DNA of 64,000 bases from Gemmatimonadota bacterium. Its GTDB lineage: Bacteria; Gemmatimonadota; Gemmatimonadetes; Gemmatimonadales; Gemmatimonadaceae. Within the stretch, counting starts at the first letter, position 1; each line of letters opens with the position of its first letter. The translations under genes were made by a program, and so were the position numbers. The notes under the pieces were generated by a model. The model made no database searches and was not told where the DNA came from. It was given only the letters and a program-made list of their open reading frames with translations. This document shows, in pieces, positions 9,899 to 21,322 of the stretch. The stretch lies in assembly GCA_016218305.1 (NCBI GenBank), contig JACREJ010000025.1, positions 243-64,242 on the forward strand, written 5' to 3'.

Positions 9899-10497
9899 TT
9901 GTGCGTTCCCTCCGACCGGCTCTGGACGTAGCGCTCGACCAGCGCGTCCCACTCGCCGCGGGCGCGGAGGAGCAGTTCACAGAACTCACGGATCGCGCCG
10001 GCGCCGCCCGCCCGGGTGAGGCGGACGCGGGCGGTCTTCACGGCATCGTCGGTGGCGTTGGCCACGACCACCGGCAAGCCGACCTCGCGCAGGACGCCGA
10101 TGTCGGGCAGGTCATCCCCCACGAACGCCACCTCATCGAGGCCAATGCCGTGCTTCTGGCAGAGCTTGCGCAGCGCCGGCAGCTTGCGCGCCTGCTCATC
10201 CTGCACGAGATCGTCCACCTTGAGCTCGGCGGCGCGCAGCGCGACGCTCTCCGACACGCGCCCCGTGATGATGCCCACGCGGATGCCGGCCCATCGCAGC
10301 AGCAGGATGCCGAGGCCGTCCTGGATGTCGTACTTCTTGAACTCCAGCCGCCGGCCGTCTACGTCGCCCAGGTAGACGCCGCCGTCCGTCATCACGCCGT
10401 CCACGTCGAGCACGACGTACTTGACGCGCTTCGCCGTCTCGGCGTCGAGTGCCGGGGCGTCGAGCAAGGACGTCTCGAGGAAGGGTGCGTCGCTCAT
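9895..10497 (-). CDS. kdsC: KDO 8-phosphate phosphatase (HAD-IIIA)
   Basis: 200 aa. VVLDVDGVMTDG HAD motif I and GDDLPD motif. ATGA overlap with kdsA. Confidence 0.9.
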   Translation of the reverse strand: MSDAPFLETSLLDAPALDAETAKRVKYVVLDVDGVMTDGGVYLGDVDGRRLEFKKYDIQDGLGILLLRWAGIRVGIITGRVSESVALRAAELKVDDLVQDEQARKLPALRKLCQKHGIGLDEVAFVGDDLPDIGVLREVGLPVVVANATDDAVKTARVRLTRAGGAGAIREFCELLLRARGEWDALVERYVQSRSEGTHK

Positions 10498-11327
10498 CGC
10501 CTGCCCCGAGCCGCAGCCCAGACATCGACCGCGCGGATGACCAGCTCATCGAGCGCGTGCAGCGGGATCATGTTCGGACCGTCGCTCGGTGCACGGTCGG
10601 GGTCGGGATGCGTCTCCATGAACAACCCGTTCGCACCGGCGGCGCACGCCGCCAGCGTGAGGTGCGGAATCATGGCGCGCACGCCGCCGGAGGCGCCGCC
10701 TTCGCCGCGTCCCGGCTGCTGTACGCTGTGCGTGGCGTCGAAGATCACGGGGCAGTCGCACGCCTCGCGCATGCGCGGGATGGCGCGCATGTCCACCACG
10801 AGGTCGCCGTAGCCGAAGAACGAACCGCGTTCGGTGACCGCGACGTCGGTGTCGCCCGGTCCCCGCGCGCCGGCCGGGTCGGCGGCCCGCACCTTGGCCA
10901 CCGCGCCCTTCATCCCTTCGGGGTGGAGGAACTGGCCTTTCTTGATGTTCACCGGCTTCCCCGTTGCGCCCGCCGCCTCGAGGAGGTCGGTCTGGCGGCA
11001 GAGGAAGGCGGGGATCTGCAGGGCGTCGGCGACCAGCGCCACCATCGCACACTGGTCGGGAAGATGCACGTCGGTGATGACCGGCAGCCCCGTCGCCGCC
11101 CGCACCCGGTCGAGCGCGGCGAGCCCCTCCTCGATTCCGGGCCCGCGATGCGCGCCCGCGTTGGACCGGTTGGCCTTGTCGAAGCTGGCCTTGTAGATGA
11201 TGCCGCCCGGCACACGCTCGGCGAGCCGCGCGAGGTGCTCGCCGACGCGCAGCATCACGTCGTCGGACTCCACGACGCAGGGGCCGGCAATCAGGAAGAG
11301 ATGGTCACGCGGGAAAGACGCGGGCAT
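10494..11327 (-). CDS. kdsA: 2-dehydro-3-deoxyphosphooctonate aldolase (KDO8P synthase)
   Basis: ORF 10494..11759 trimmed to MPASFPRDHLFLIAGPCVVES (ATG 11327). KASFDKANRS and DATHSVQ motifs; 277 aa. Confidence 0.95.
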   Translation of the reverse strand: MPASFPRDHLFLIAGPCVVESDDVMLRVGEHLARLAERVPGGIIYKASFDKANRSNAGAHRGPGIEEGLAALDRVRAATGLPVITDVHLPDQCAMVALVADALQIPAFLCRQTDLLEAAGATGKPVNIKKGQFLHPEGMKGAVAKVRAADPAGARGPGDTDVAVTERGSFFGYGDLVVDMRAIPRMREACDCPVIFDATHSVQQPGRGEGGASGGVRAMIPHLTLAACAAGANGLFMETHPDPDRAPSDGPNMIPLHALDELVIRAVDVWAAARGRR

Positions 11328-11329
11328 GG

Positions 11330-13746
<2,417 letters not shown>

Positions 13747-13809
13747 GGCCAGGATGCTCAGGTGGCACCCCCCGGAATAGAGTATGCGGACGCAAAAATC
13801 ACGCCACGC

Positions 13810-13838
13810 AATATACGGTTGGGGGGCCGGATGGTCAA
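13810..13838 (-). promoter_or_regulatory. Sigma-70-type promoter of the kdsB-pyrG-kds-lpt-rpoN operon
   Basis: Minus strand reads TTGACC-ATCCGGCCCCCCAACCG(17)-TATATT, about 60 nt upstream of the kdsB GTG, in an AT-richer 158-nt gap. Confidence 0.55.
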
Positions 13839-13904
13839 AAAAAGGCCATCTGGGAACGAATTCAGTGCCTTGAATCGGCCGCCGACTGTCCCCCCGCGGC
13901 CGGC

Positions 13905-15085
13905 TTACCGGCCTGGCGGCAGGTTGGCCAGCAGGAACCGGGCGGTGTTCTCCCCCATCACGGCCCGAATCTCGGCCTCGCTGAACCCCGCCTGCAGCAG
14001 CGCCTCGGTCACCTGGTTCACGTGGTCCGCCCCGAACGCCACGGTGGTGGCACCGTCCCAGTCCGAGCCAAGCGCCACGTGCGCCAGCCCCGCCACATCT
14101 ACCGCGTGCCGGATGGCCTTGGCGATCGCGTGCGGCGAGGCGTCGCAGACCGCCCCGTCCCAGAAGCCGATGCCGATGAGCCCGCCGCGCGCCGCCAGCG
14201 CGCGCAACTGGTCATCCGTCAGGTTGCGGGGTCCCGCGCAGGTGGCCTGGACGCCGGTGTGCGAGACGACCACGGGTTTCGTCGTCAGGGAGAGGACTTC
14301 CGTGAAGCCCTGCGGCGACACGTGCGCGAGGTCCACGATCATCCCGAGTTCCTGCATCCGCTCCACGACGCGGCGCCCGAGCGGCGTGAGCCCGCCCTTC
14401 GCCTCGCCGTGTGCCGATCCCGCCACGTCGTTGTCGAAGAAGTGCGAGAGCCCCGCCATCCGGAAGCCGTGCGCGAACAGCGTGTCGAGCGACGCCAGGT
14501 CGCCGTCGATGGCCTGCAGGCCTTCCGTGCTGAGCAGTCCGATGACCGGCTTGATGCCGGGCGTGCCGGCGCGGAAGTCGAGCGCCTTCTGCAACTCAGC
14601 CGCCGTGTGCACGACGACTAGCCGTCCCTCGGAGATGGCGGCGGCGTGGTCGAGCTTGTCGGCCTGGTACAGCGCCCGCTGGAGCCGGCTGTCCCACGTG
14701 CGCCGCGGCCAGCGCGACGCGATCGCCAGCAGCGTGATGTTGTCCGTCGCGGCGCTGTTGCGGTCGTAGTTCTGGTTCTTGGGCGTCTTGGTGACGGTCG
14801 AGAAGACCTGGATGGCGACATTCCCGTCCACCAGGCGGGTCACGTCCGTATGCCCCGAGACGCTGGGCGGCACCGGATTGCGGTCCCATAACAGCAGGTC
14901 GTTGTGCAGGTCGGCCACGAGCAGCGACTGGTGCAGCACCCGGGCGCGCTCGGAGACGACGATGCCCTTGCTGTCGTCCACCCGGTTCATGCGGGCGCCG
15001 ACCACCCGGGCGACCCCGAAGAAGAAGACGATCGCACCCAGCGGGATCGCGATGCCAAGACCGAGGAGGAGCCGCCGCAAGAGGG

Positions 15086-15089
<4 letters not shown>
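13905..15089 (-). CDS. Membrane-anchored dipeptidase, peptidase family M19
   Basis: ORF trimmed to MTLLRRLLLGLGIAIPLGAIVFFF (ATG 15089, ATGA overlap with the trpG stop). LVADLHNDLL metal-binding motif and a GLSHFFDND region. Confidence 0.85.
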
Positions 15090-15679
<590 letters not shown>

Positions 15680-15740
15680 CGTGTTGAATTTAGTGGCCGG
15701 CGCACTGGCGTGTTCCCTGTTCCCTGCACTTCGACATGGG

Positions 15741-16652
15741 CTACCCGCGCGGGTGGTACTGGCGGTGCACCGACCGCAGATACTCGCGGTCCACGTGCGT
15801 GTAGATCTGCGTGGTGCTGATGTCAGCGTGGCCGAGCATCTCCTGCACCGAGCGCAGGTCGGCGCCGCCTTCAAGCAGGTGCGTGGCAAACGAGTGGCGC
15901 AGCGTGTGCGGCGTGACGGCTTTCGTGATGCCCGCCAGCAGCACGTACTTGCGCAGGATCTTCCACGCCCCCATGCGGCTCAGCGGCGCGCCCCGGGCGT
16001 TCAGGAAGAGGACCCCCGCCCCCTGGCCGCGTTCCAGCCGCGGGCGCAGTTCACGCAGGTAGATGGCCACGGCCCCGGTGGCGTTCCCGCCCACGGGCAC
16101 GAGGCGCTCCTTGCCTCCCTTTCCGAAGACGCGCACCACGCCCTCGTCCAGCATCAGGTCGCTCACCTTGAGCGAGATCCACTCGCCGACGCGCAGCCCC
16201 GCGCCGTAGGCCAGTTCGAGCATGGCGCGGTCGCGAAATGCGAGCGGCTCCTCGAGGGCGATGGCGCCGAGCAGCCGCTCCACCTCCGCGGTCGTCAACA
16301 CGTCCGGCAGCGTCCGCCATTTCCTGGGCGTCTCCAATCGCTCGCTGGGATCGGCCTTCACGATCCCCTCGGCCATCAGGAACTTGAACCAGGTGCGAAT
16401 GGCAGAGACGCCGCGCCGGATGGACGCGGGGGCGAGCCCGAGGTCCTTGAGGTGATAGACGAACTCTCGCAGGTGCGCCGCCGTCAGCGCCGCAGGCGTG
16501 GCGGCGCCGTGTGCGACGGCCCACTCGGCGAGCCGCTGCAGGTCGCGCGTGTAGCTCTCATCCGTGCGCGCGGAGCTTCCCTGCTCGAGCGTCAGGAACT
16601 CGGCGAAGCGCTCGAGCAGGAACGGACGGAGGACCTCGGCGGAACCGGTCAC
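15741..16652 (-). CDS. xerD: Tyrosine site-specific recombinase XerD/XerC family
   Basis: ORF 15741..17291 trimmed to GTG 16652 (GTGA overlap with the dedA stop). ARTDESYTRDLQRL, R...HTLRHSFATHLL...GH...TQIYTHV catalytic motifs; 303 aa. Confidence 0.88.
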   Translation of the reverse strand: MTGSAEVLRPFLLERFAEFLTLEQGSSARTDESYTRDLQRLAEWAVAHGAATPAALTAAHLREFVYHLKDLGLAPASIRRGVSAIRTWFKFLMAEGIVKADPSERLETPRKWRTLPDVLTTAEVERLLGAIALEEPLAFRDRAMLELAYGAGLRVGEWISLKVSDLMLDEGVVRVFGKGGKERLVPVGGNATGAVAIYLRELRPRLERGQGAGVLFLNARGAPLSRMGAWKILRKYVLLAGITKAVTPHTLRHSFATHLLEGGADLRSVQEMLGHADISTTQIYTHVDREYLRSVHRQYHPRG

Positions 16653-17278
16653 TCCGCCTTGCGCGGGTGCTTCGCGCGGTGGCGAAGCCAGAGCCGGCGT
16701 CCCAGTACCGCCAGCGCGGTGATCAGCACGCCGGCGATAATGCCGACGCGGAGCCCGACGAAGTGAAGCGACGCCTTCACCGACTCCCAGTCGGCGCCCA
16801 CCTGGAACGCGATCCAGATGATCAGCCCGTACCAGATGGTGCACGCGAGGGCGGTCACGGCGAGGTACCGCAGCACCGGCACGCGCAGGGCGCCGGCCAT
16901 CGGCGAGACCACGGCGCGCAGGCCGGGGACGAAGCGGCTCACGAAGAGCGCGGCCAGGCCATAGTGCGCGTACAGGCCCTCCAGCTTCTCCTCGGCGTTG
17001 AGCAGGTGGAGGCGCTGCAGCCTCGCGTGCATCCAGTCCGCCCCGAACCGACGCGAGACGGCGTACACCACCAGCGAGCCGAGGACGCTCCCGACGACGA
17101 TGGCGACGACGACCGGCCAGAACTCCGCCTCGCGCCGCGCCGCGTAGAAGGCGCCGAACGCCACGACGATGTCGGCGGGCGCCGGCGGGAAGATGCTCTC
17201 CACGAACGCCACGACGCCGAGCAGGAAATACAGGGTGCCAATGTCCAGCGCGTTGACCCAGTCCAGCACAGCCGTCAC
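16649..17278 (-). CDS. DedA/SNARE-associated family membrane protein
   Basis: Trimmed to GTG 17278 (GTGA overlap with the ispF stop). FVESIFPPAPADIVV motif and 4-5 TM segments; 209 aa. Confidence 0.8.
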   Translation of the reverse strand: MTAVLDWVNALDIGTLYFLLGVVAFVESIFPPAPADIVVAFGAFYAARREAEFWPVVVAIVVGSVLGSLVVYAVSRRFGADWMHARLQRLHLLNAEEKLEGLYAHYGLAALFVSRFVPGLRAVVSPMAGALRVPVLRYLAVTALACTIWYGLIIWIAFQVGADWESVKASLHFVGLRVGIIAGVLITALAVLGRRLWLRHRAKHPRKAE

Positions 17279-18225
17279 CGGCGCTCCACATCGAACGTGG
17301 TGAGCGTGGCGACCGCGATCACCGCGATGCCCTCGCCGCGGCCGATCCACCCCATGCCCTCGTTGCTCTTGCCCTTCACCATCACATCGGCCACGCCCAC
17401 GCCGAGCGCGTGCGCGAGGCGCTCGCGCATGGACGCACGATACGGGCCGATGCGCGGATATTCGGCGATGACGGTGACGTCCACCTGCGACGGCGTCCAT
17501 CCCGACAGGCGCACCCGCTCCACCGCGATATGGAGCATCTCGATGGAGTCGCGCCCCTTGTTGGCGGCGTCGGTGTCCGCGAACATCTCGCCGATGTCGC
17601 CCACGCCGGCGCCGCCAAGGATGGCGTCGGTGACCGCATGCGCCACGGCGTCGCCGTCGCTGTGTCCCACGAGGCGCTGCTGGGCGGGGATGAGCACGCC
17701 GCCGAGCACGACGCCGTCGCCCGGACCGAGGCGGTGCGAGTCATAGCCGATGCCGGTGCGGACGCGCAGGCCCGGACGGGCGTTGGCGGCGGGCGTCGCG
17801 TCGGCGGAGATCTCCGCCGGCAGCTGGTCGAGGCGTTCGGTGCTGATGCCCGCCTCGATGAGCACGCGTCCGGCGCCGCTGAACGGACTGTGGCCCATCG
17901 CCCGCATGATGTCGCCCTCGGTGACGACGCCCCCGCCGCGGCGCTCGGCCTCCTCGCCGGCGGCGCGCAGGATGGCCTCCGCGGCGTCCTCGCTCTCGGC
18001 CATGGCGGCGGCCCCCGCGCCCGAGAGTCGCGACTCCACGGCGCGCACGAGGAGGTCAACGGGCATGCCAAGCATGGCCAGCATCTGGCTCGCGGCGCCG
18101 CGCGGGCTGCGCAGCATGCCAAGCAGCAGGTGCAGCGAGTTCGGGAGGTCAAGACCGTGACGCTCCGCCTCGACCATCGCGGCATCGATGGCCTTACGTG
18201 CTCCAGACCCGAACCGGACTCCCAT
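17275..18225 (-). CDS. ispF: Fusion protein: N-terminal Clp_N (double Clp R repeat) domain + C-terminal 2-C-methyl-D-erythritol 2,4-cyclodiphosphate synthase
   Basis: 316 aa. aa ~8-150 contain two Clp_N-like repeats (ARKAIDAAMVEAERHGLDLPNSLHLLLGML...; AEAILRAAGEEAERRGGGVVTEGDIMRAM...). aa ~155-316 are IspF (GIGYDSHRL, GHSDGDAVAHA, PRIGPY). There is no in-frame ATG/GTG/TTG near the IspF domain start. Confidence 0.85.
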   Translation of the reverse strand: MGVRFGSGARKAIDAAMVEAERHGLDLPNSLHLLLGMLRSPRGAASQMLAMLGMPVDLLVRAVESRLSGAGAAAMAESEDAAEAILRAAGEEAERRGGGVVTEGDIMRAMGHSPFSGAGRVLIEAGISTERLDQLPAEISADATPAANARPGLRVRTGIGYDSHRLGPGDGVVLGGVLIPAQQRLVGHSDGDAVAHAVTDAILGGAGVGDIGEMFADTDAANKGRDSIEMLHIAVERVRLSGWTPSQVDVTVIAEYPRIGPYRASMRERLAHALGVGVADVMVKGKSNEGMGWIGRGEGIAVIAVATLTTFDVERR

Positions 18226-18239
18226 GCGTGCCGTCGCTC

Positions 18240-19274
18240 CTATGCCGCCGCAGTGGCGATGAGTTGGTAATCCTGCCGACGCCGACGCGGCGTGAAGCCG
18301 GCATCGGTGATCAACCGCTCGATCTCTTGCGTCGTGGTCTGATACGTCGTGTTCGCCGCCGACACCACGTTCTCCTCGATCATCAGCGACCCGAAGTCAT
18401 TGCAGCCGTACGACAGCGCGATCTGCCCGATCTTCATGCCCATCGTCACCCAGCTCGCCTGGATGTTCGGGATGTTGTCGAGCACGAGCCGCGAAAAGGC
18501 CACGGTACGAAGGTACTCCACGGCGTCGGTCTTTGGCTGGTGGCTGAGCGTCGGGGTGTTCTCCGGCTGCAGCGGCCAGGTGATGAACGCGGTGAACCCG
18601 TTGGTGCGCGACTGCACGTCGCGGAGCCGCAGGAGGTGCTCCATGCGCTCCTCGAGCGTCTCGCCGATGCCGAACATCATCGTGCAGGAGGTCTTGAGCC
18701 CCTCCTCGTGCGCGATCTCCATGATCTCCAGCCAGCGGTCGGCGCCGGCCTTCTTGGGCGCCACGATGTCGCGCACCCGCTGCACCAGGATCTCGCCGCC
18801 GCCGCCCGGAATCGAGTCGAGCCCGGCCGCGATCAGCTGGCGGATGACCTCGCGCGCCTCCATGCGGTACAGCGTCGCCCAGAAATCCACCTCGCTCGGC
18901 GAGAAGCCGTGCACGTGGATGGGGTGGTGACGCTTGATGTACCGGATCAGCTCCAGGTACCACTCGAACGGGATGTACGGGTTGTGCCCGCCCTGGATGA
19001 GGATCTGGATGCCGCCCAGCGCCTTGGTCTCCTCGATCTTCGCCCCGATCTCTTCATAGGAGAGCGTGTACCCCTCACCGTGCTTCGGGCGCCGGTAGAA
19101 GGCGCAGAAGCCGCAGTCCGCCACGCAGACGTTGGTGTAGTTGATGTTGCGGTCGACGATGTACGAGACGATGCCCTCGGGGTGCAGTTCGCGACGACGC
19201 GCGTCCGCCAGCGCGCCCAGCTCGAGGAGCGGTGCGTGCTTGTAGAGGTCGAGGAGGTTGGAAAGCTCGGACAT
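18240..19274 (-). CDS. mqnC: Radical SAM futalosine-pathway enzyme, most like cyclic dehypoxanthinyl futalosine synthase MqnC
   Basis: 344 aa. DRNINYTNVCVADCGFCAFYR (CX3CX2C), ILIQGG, SIPGGGGEIL and MMFG. The assignment MqnC versus MqnE rests on motif flavour only. Confidence 0.75.
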   Translation of the reverse strand: MSELSNLLDLYKHAPLLELGALADARRRELHPEGIVSYIVDRNINYTNVCVADCGFCAFYRRPKHGEGYTLSYEEIGAKIEETKALGGIQILIQGGHNPYIPFEWYLELIRYIKRHHPIHVHGFSPSEVDFWATLYRMEAREVIRQLIAAGLDSIPGGGGEILVQRVRDIVAPKKAGADRWLEIMEIAHEEGLKTSCTMMFGIGETLEERMEHLLRLRDVQSRTNGFTAFITWPLQPENTPTLSHQPKTDAVEYLRTVAFSRLVLDNIPNIQASWVTMGMKIGQIALSYGCNDFGSLMIEENVVSAANTTYQTTTQEIERLITDAGFTPRRRRQDYQLIATAAA

Positions 19275-19303
19275 GGACGAAGCGGCGTGAGGGGGGGGGC
19301 GGA

Positions 19304-20149
19304 TCAGGCGGCGGGAAGGAAGACGAGCTTGCCCTGCGGGACCTTCCCCGCAAGCTCTAGACGACGGAAGAACTCGGAAAGTCCCTCGAGGTACTCGAGG
19401 CCGAGGCCATAATCGAGGCCGGCGAGGTACTCAAGGATGACGGGAGATGGGAGACGGGAGATGGGAGACGCCTCCTCAGCGATCGTCCCGAGGTTCGCGA
19501 GGCCCCACGCGCGGCTCTCCATCAGCGCGCCGTGCACCTGCAGGGCCTCACGCACGTTCACCTCACGGCGCGCCACCCAGACGGCGAAGACGAACGGAAG
19601 CCCCGTCCAGCGCTTCCACTCGGCGCCAAGGTCGTAGACGAACGGATAGTCGCGGCCGTGCGCGATGGCCACGGGATGTTCGCGATGCCGCAGCATCAGC
19701 GCCGCATCTCCAATGACCAGACGGGCCGCCACGGGCTCCTGGTCGCGCCGCAGGTCGTCGGCCTCCGTGTCGCCGGGCACAAAGGCGGGCTTCGCTTTCC
19801 AGACGTGCTCAAAGAGCAGCTCGAGCAGCGCCACGGACGTCATCGAGCTGCGGCTGACGAGCACGCGGGCCCCGTCCAGTTCGTGCGCGGGACGCGTCGA
19901 GAAGAGCATCACGCTGCGCACGTCGCCGTGGCATGAGATGGCCAGGTCCGGCAGCAGCAGGTACTTGCCCGCATCGCGCGCGTACTCGACCGCCGAGACG
20001 ACCGAGACGTCGATGGTGCCGTCGGCCATGCCGCGGTTCAGGACGGTCGGGACGCCGCTCACCAGCTCGGCGTCGAGCGTGACGATGCCGCGATCCACCG
20101 CGCCGTAAACCGGCGCGCAGTTGAGGTACGGGATGCGGCCGACGCGCAT
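19304..20149 (-). CDS. mqnA: Chorismate dehydratase MqnA
   Basis: ORF trimmed to MRVGRIPYLNCAPVY (ATG 20149..20147, 1-nt overlap TGATG with the upstream stop); 281 aa. Periplasmic-binding-protein-like fold signature typical of MqnA. Confidence 0.85.
   Translation of the reverse strand: MRVGRIPYLNCAPVYGAVDRGIVTLDAELVSGVPTVLNRGMADGTIDVSVVSAVEYARDAGKYLLLPDLAISCHGDVRSVMLFSTRPAHELDGARVLVSRSSMTSVALLELLFEHVWKAKPAFVPGDTEADDLRRDQEPVAARLVIGDAALMLRHREHPVAIAHGRDYPFVYDLGAEWKRWTGLPFVFAVWVARREVNVREALQVHGALMESRAWGLANLGTIAEEASPISRLPSPVILEYLAGLDYGLGLEYLEGLSEFFRRLELAGKVPQGKLVFLPAA
19443..19470. repeat. Perfect heptamer array (ggagatg ggagacg)x2 inside the mqnA coding region
   Basis: A 14-nt unit duplicated exactly, encoding ASPISRLPSPV on the minus strand. 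Four GGG tracts spaced by 4 nt. Confidence 0.85.
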
Positions 20150-21318
20150 CACGCCACCGCCGCCGCCACCGGCGCCGCGTCGAACGAGGTGCGCAGGATC
20201 CGGTAGAACGAGTCGCGCTCCGCCGGCGTCTTGCCGGCCCCACGGATGAGCGCGAGGATGGCATCGAGCGTCATCGCCTGCGGGGTATGCGCCCCCACGG
20301 CGTGGTAGATCTTCTCGCGGACCACCGTCCCCTCGAGGTCGTTCACGCCATAGTGCAGCGCCACCTGCGAGAGCGACGGCGTGACCATGATCCAGTGCGA
20401 CTTGATGTGCTGGAAGTTGTCGAGGAAGAGGCGCCCGACGGCGAGCTGGCGCAGGTCGTCCCATCCGCTCGTCGCGGTGCCCTGCCGCCCCAGCTCCCGG
20501 CCCAGCTCGTTGTCGTCGGGGTGGTACGCCAAGGGGATGTAGGCGAGGAAGCCGCCGGTCTCGTCCTGCAGGTCGCGCAGCATCTGCAGGTGCTCCAGGC
20601 GGTCGTCGAGCGTCTCCACATGGCCGTAGAGCATGGTGCAGTTGGTGCGGATGCCCAACTCGTGCGCCGTGCGATGCACGCCGATGTACTCCGCCCCCGC
20701 CAGCTTCTTGTCGGAGATGCGCTCCCGCACGGCCGCGCTGAACGTCTCGGCGCCGCCGCCCGGCATCGTGTCGAGCCCCGCGTCCTTGAGCGCCACGAGC
20801 ACGTCACGCCACGGCATCTTCTCGATGCGCGCGATGTGCGCAATCTCCACCGCGGTCAGCGCCTTGATGTGCACGTGCGGGAAGTTGGCCTTGAGCGCGC
20901 GGAACATCTCGGCGTAATAGGCGAGCCCCGCCTTCATGTCGAGCCCGCCCACGATGTGGAACTCGCGCGTCATGCCGTCGGCGGCGTGCGCCGCCTCGCC
21001 GAGCACCTGCTCGAGGGTGTAGCGGTACGCCCCCTCTTCCTTGGGCAGGCGCGCATAGCCGCAAAAGGTGCAGGTCTTTCGCAGCACGCAGATGTTCGTC
21101 GGGTTGATGTGCTGGTTCGACGCGAAGGTCACGACGTCGCCGTTCTTGGCCCGGTTCACGGCGTCGGCCAGCAGTCCCAGCCCCGCGAGGTCGCCGCTGC
21201 GGTAGAGCGCGAGGCCGTCGGTCGCGGTCAGCCGTTCACCGGCCGCTACCCGTTCACCAATGCGTCTTAAGACCGGATCGTGGATCCGGTCGAAGGGGAC
21301 CTGCGCCGTGGCGCCCAT
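20149..21318 (-). CDS. mqnE: Radical SAM futalosine-pathway enzyme, most like aminofutalosine synthase MqnE (non-canonical Cx5Cx2C cluster motif)
   Basis: 389 aa. HINPTNICVLRKTCTFCGYAR, HIVGGL, MPGGGAETF, MLYGHVET and LQDETGGFLAYIPL. Confidence 0.7.
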   Translation of the reverse strand: MGATAQVPFDRIHDPVLRRIGERVAAGERLTATDGLALYRSGDLAGLGLLADAVNRAKNGDVVTFASNQHINPTNICVLRKTCTFCGYARLPKEEGAYRYTLEQVLGEAAHAADGMTREFHIVGGLDMKAGLAYYAEMFRALKANFPHVHIKALTAVEIAHIARIEKMPWRDVLVALKDAGLDTMPGGGAETFSAAVRERISDKKLAGAEYIGVHRTAHELGIRTNCTMLYGHVETLDDRLEHLQMLRDLQDETGGFLAYIPLAYHPDDNELGRELGRQGTATSGWDDLRQLAVGRLFLDNFQHIKSHWIMVTPSLSQVALHYGVNDLEGTVVREKIYHAVGAHTPQAMTLDAILALIRGAGKTPAERDSFYRILRTSFDAAPVAAAVA

Positions 21319-21322
21319 CGCC

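Noticed and set aside
8286-9989. ORF-track entries with long N-terminal extensions (for example 8286..9989, 10494..11759, 15741..17291, 16649..17500, 24604..25899, 37231..39630, 42061..43836, 46915..47916, 48224..49006, 60582..61790)
   Set aside because: The upstream parts are Arg/Pro-rich and overlap the true upstream gene in another frame. Homology-like N-termini plus ATGA/GTGA stop-start overlaps identify much shorter real genes, so they were trimmed in the feature list.
13747-13904. tRNA, small RNA or riboswitch in the larger intergenic gaps (13747..13904, 27349..27553, 48629..48911, 53534..53778, 58204..58335, 60439..60581)
   Set aside because: I could not trace a cloverleaf or any known riboswitch core (for example a Moco motif upstream of moaD/moaA). 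The gaps are accounted for by promoters, hairpins and the repeat families described above. An sRNA cannot be excluded without expression data.
15741-16652. Tyrosine recombinase as a marker of an integrated mobile element
   Set aside because: The sequence and motifs fit chromosomal XerC/XerD. It is translationally coupled to housekeeping genes on both sides, and no att-like repeats, tRNA or phage or transposon genes are nearby.
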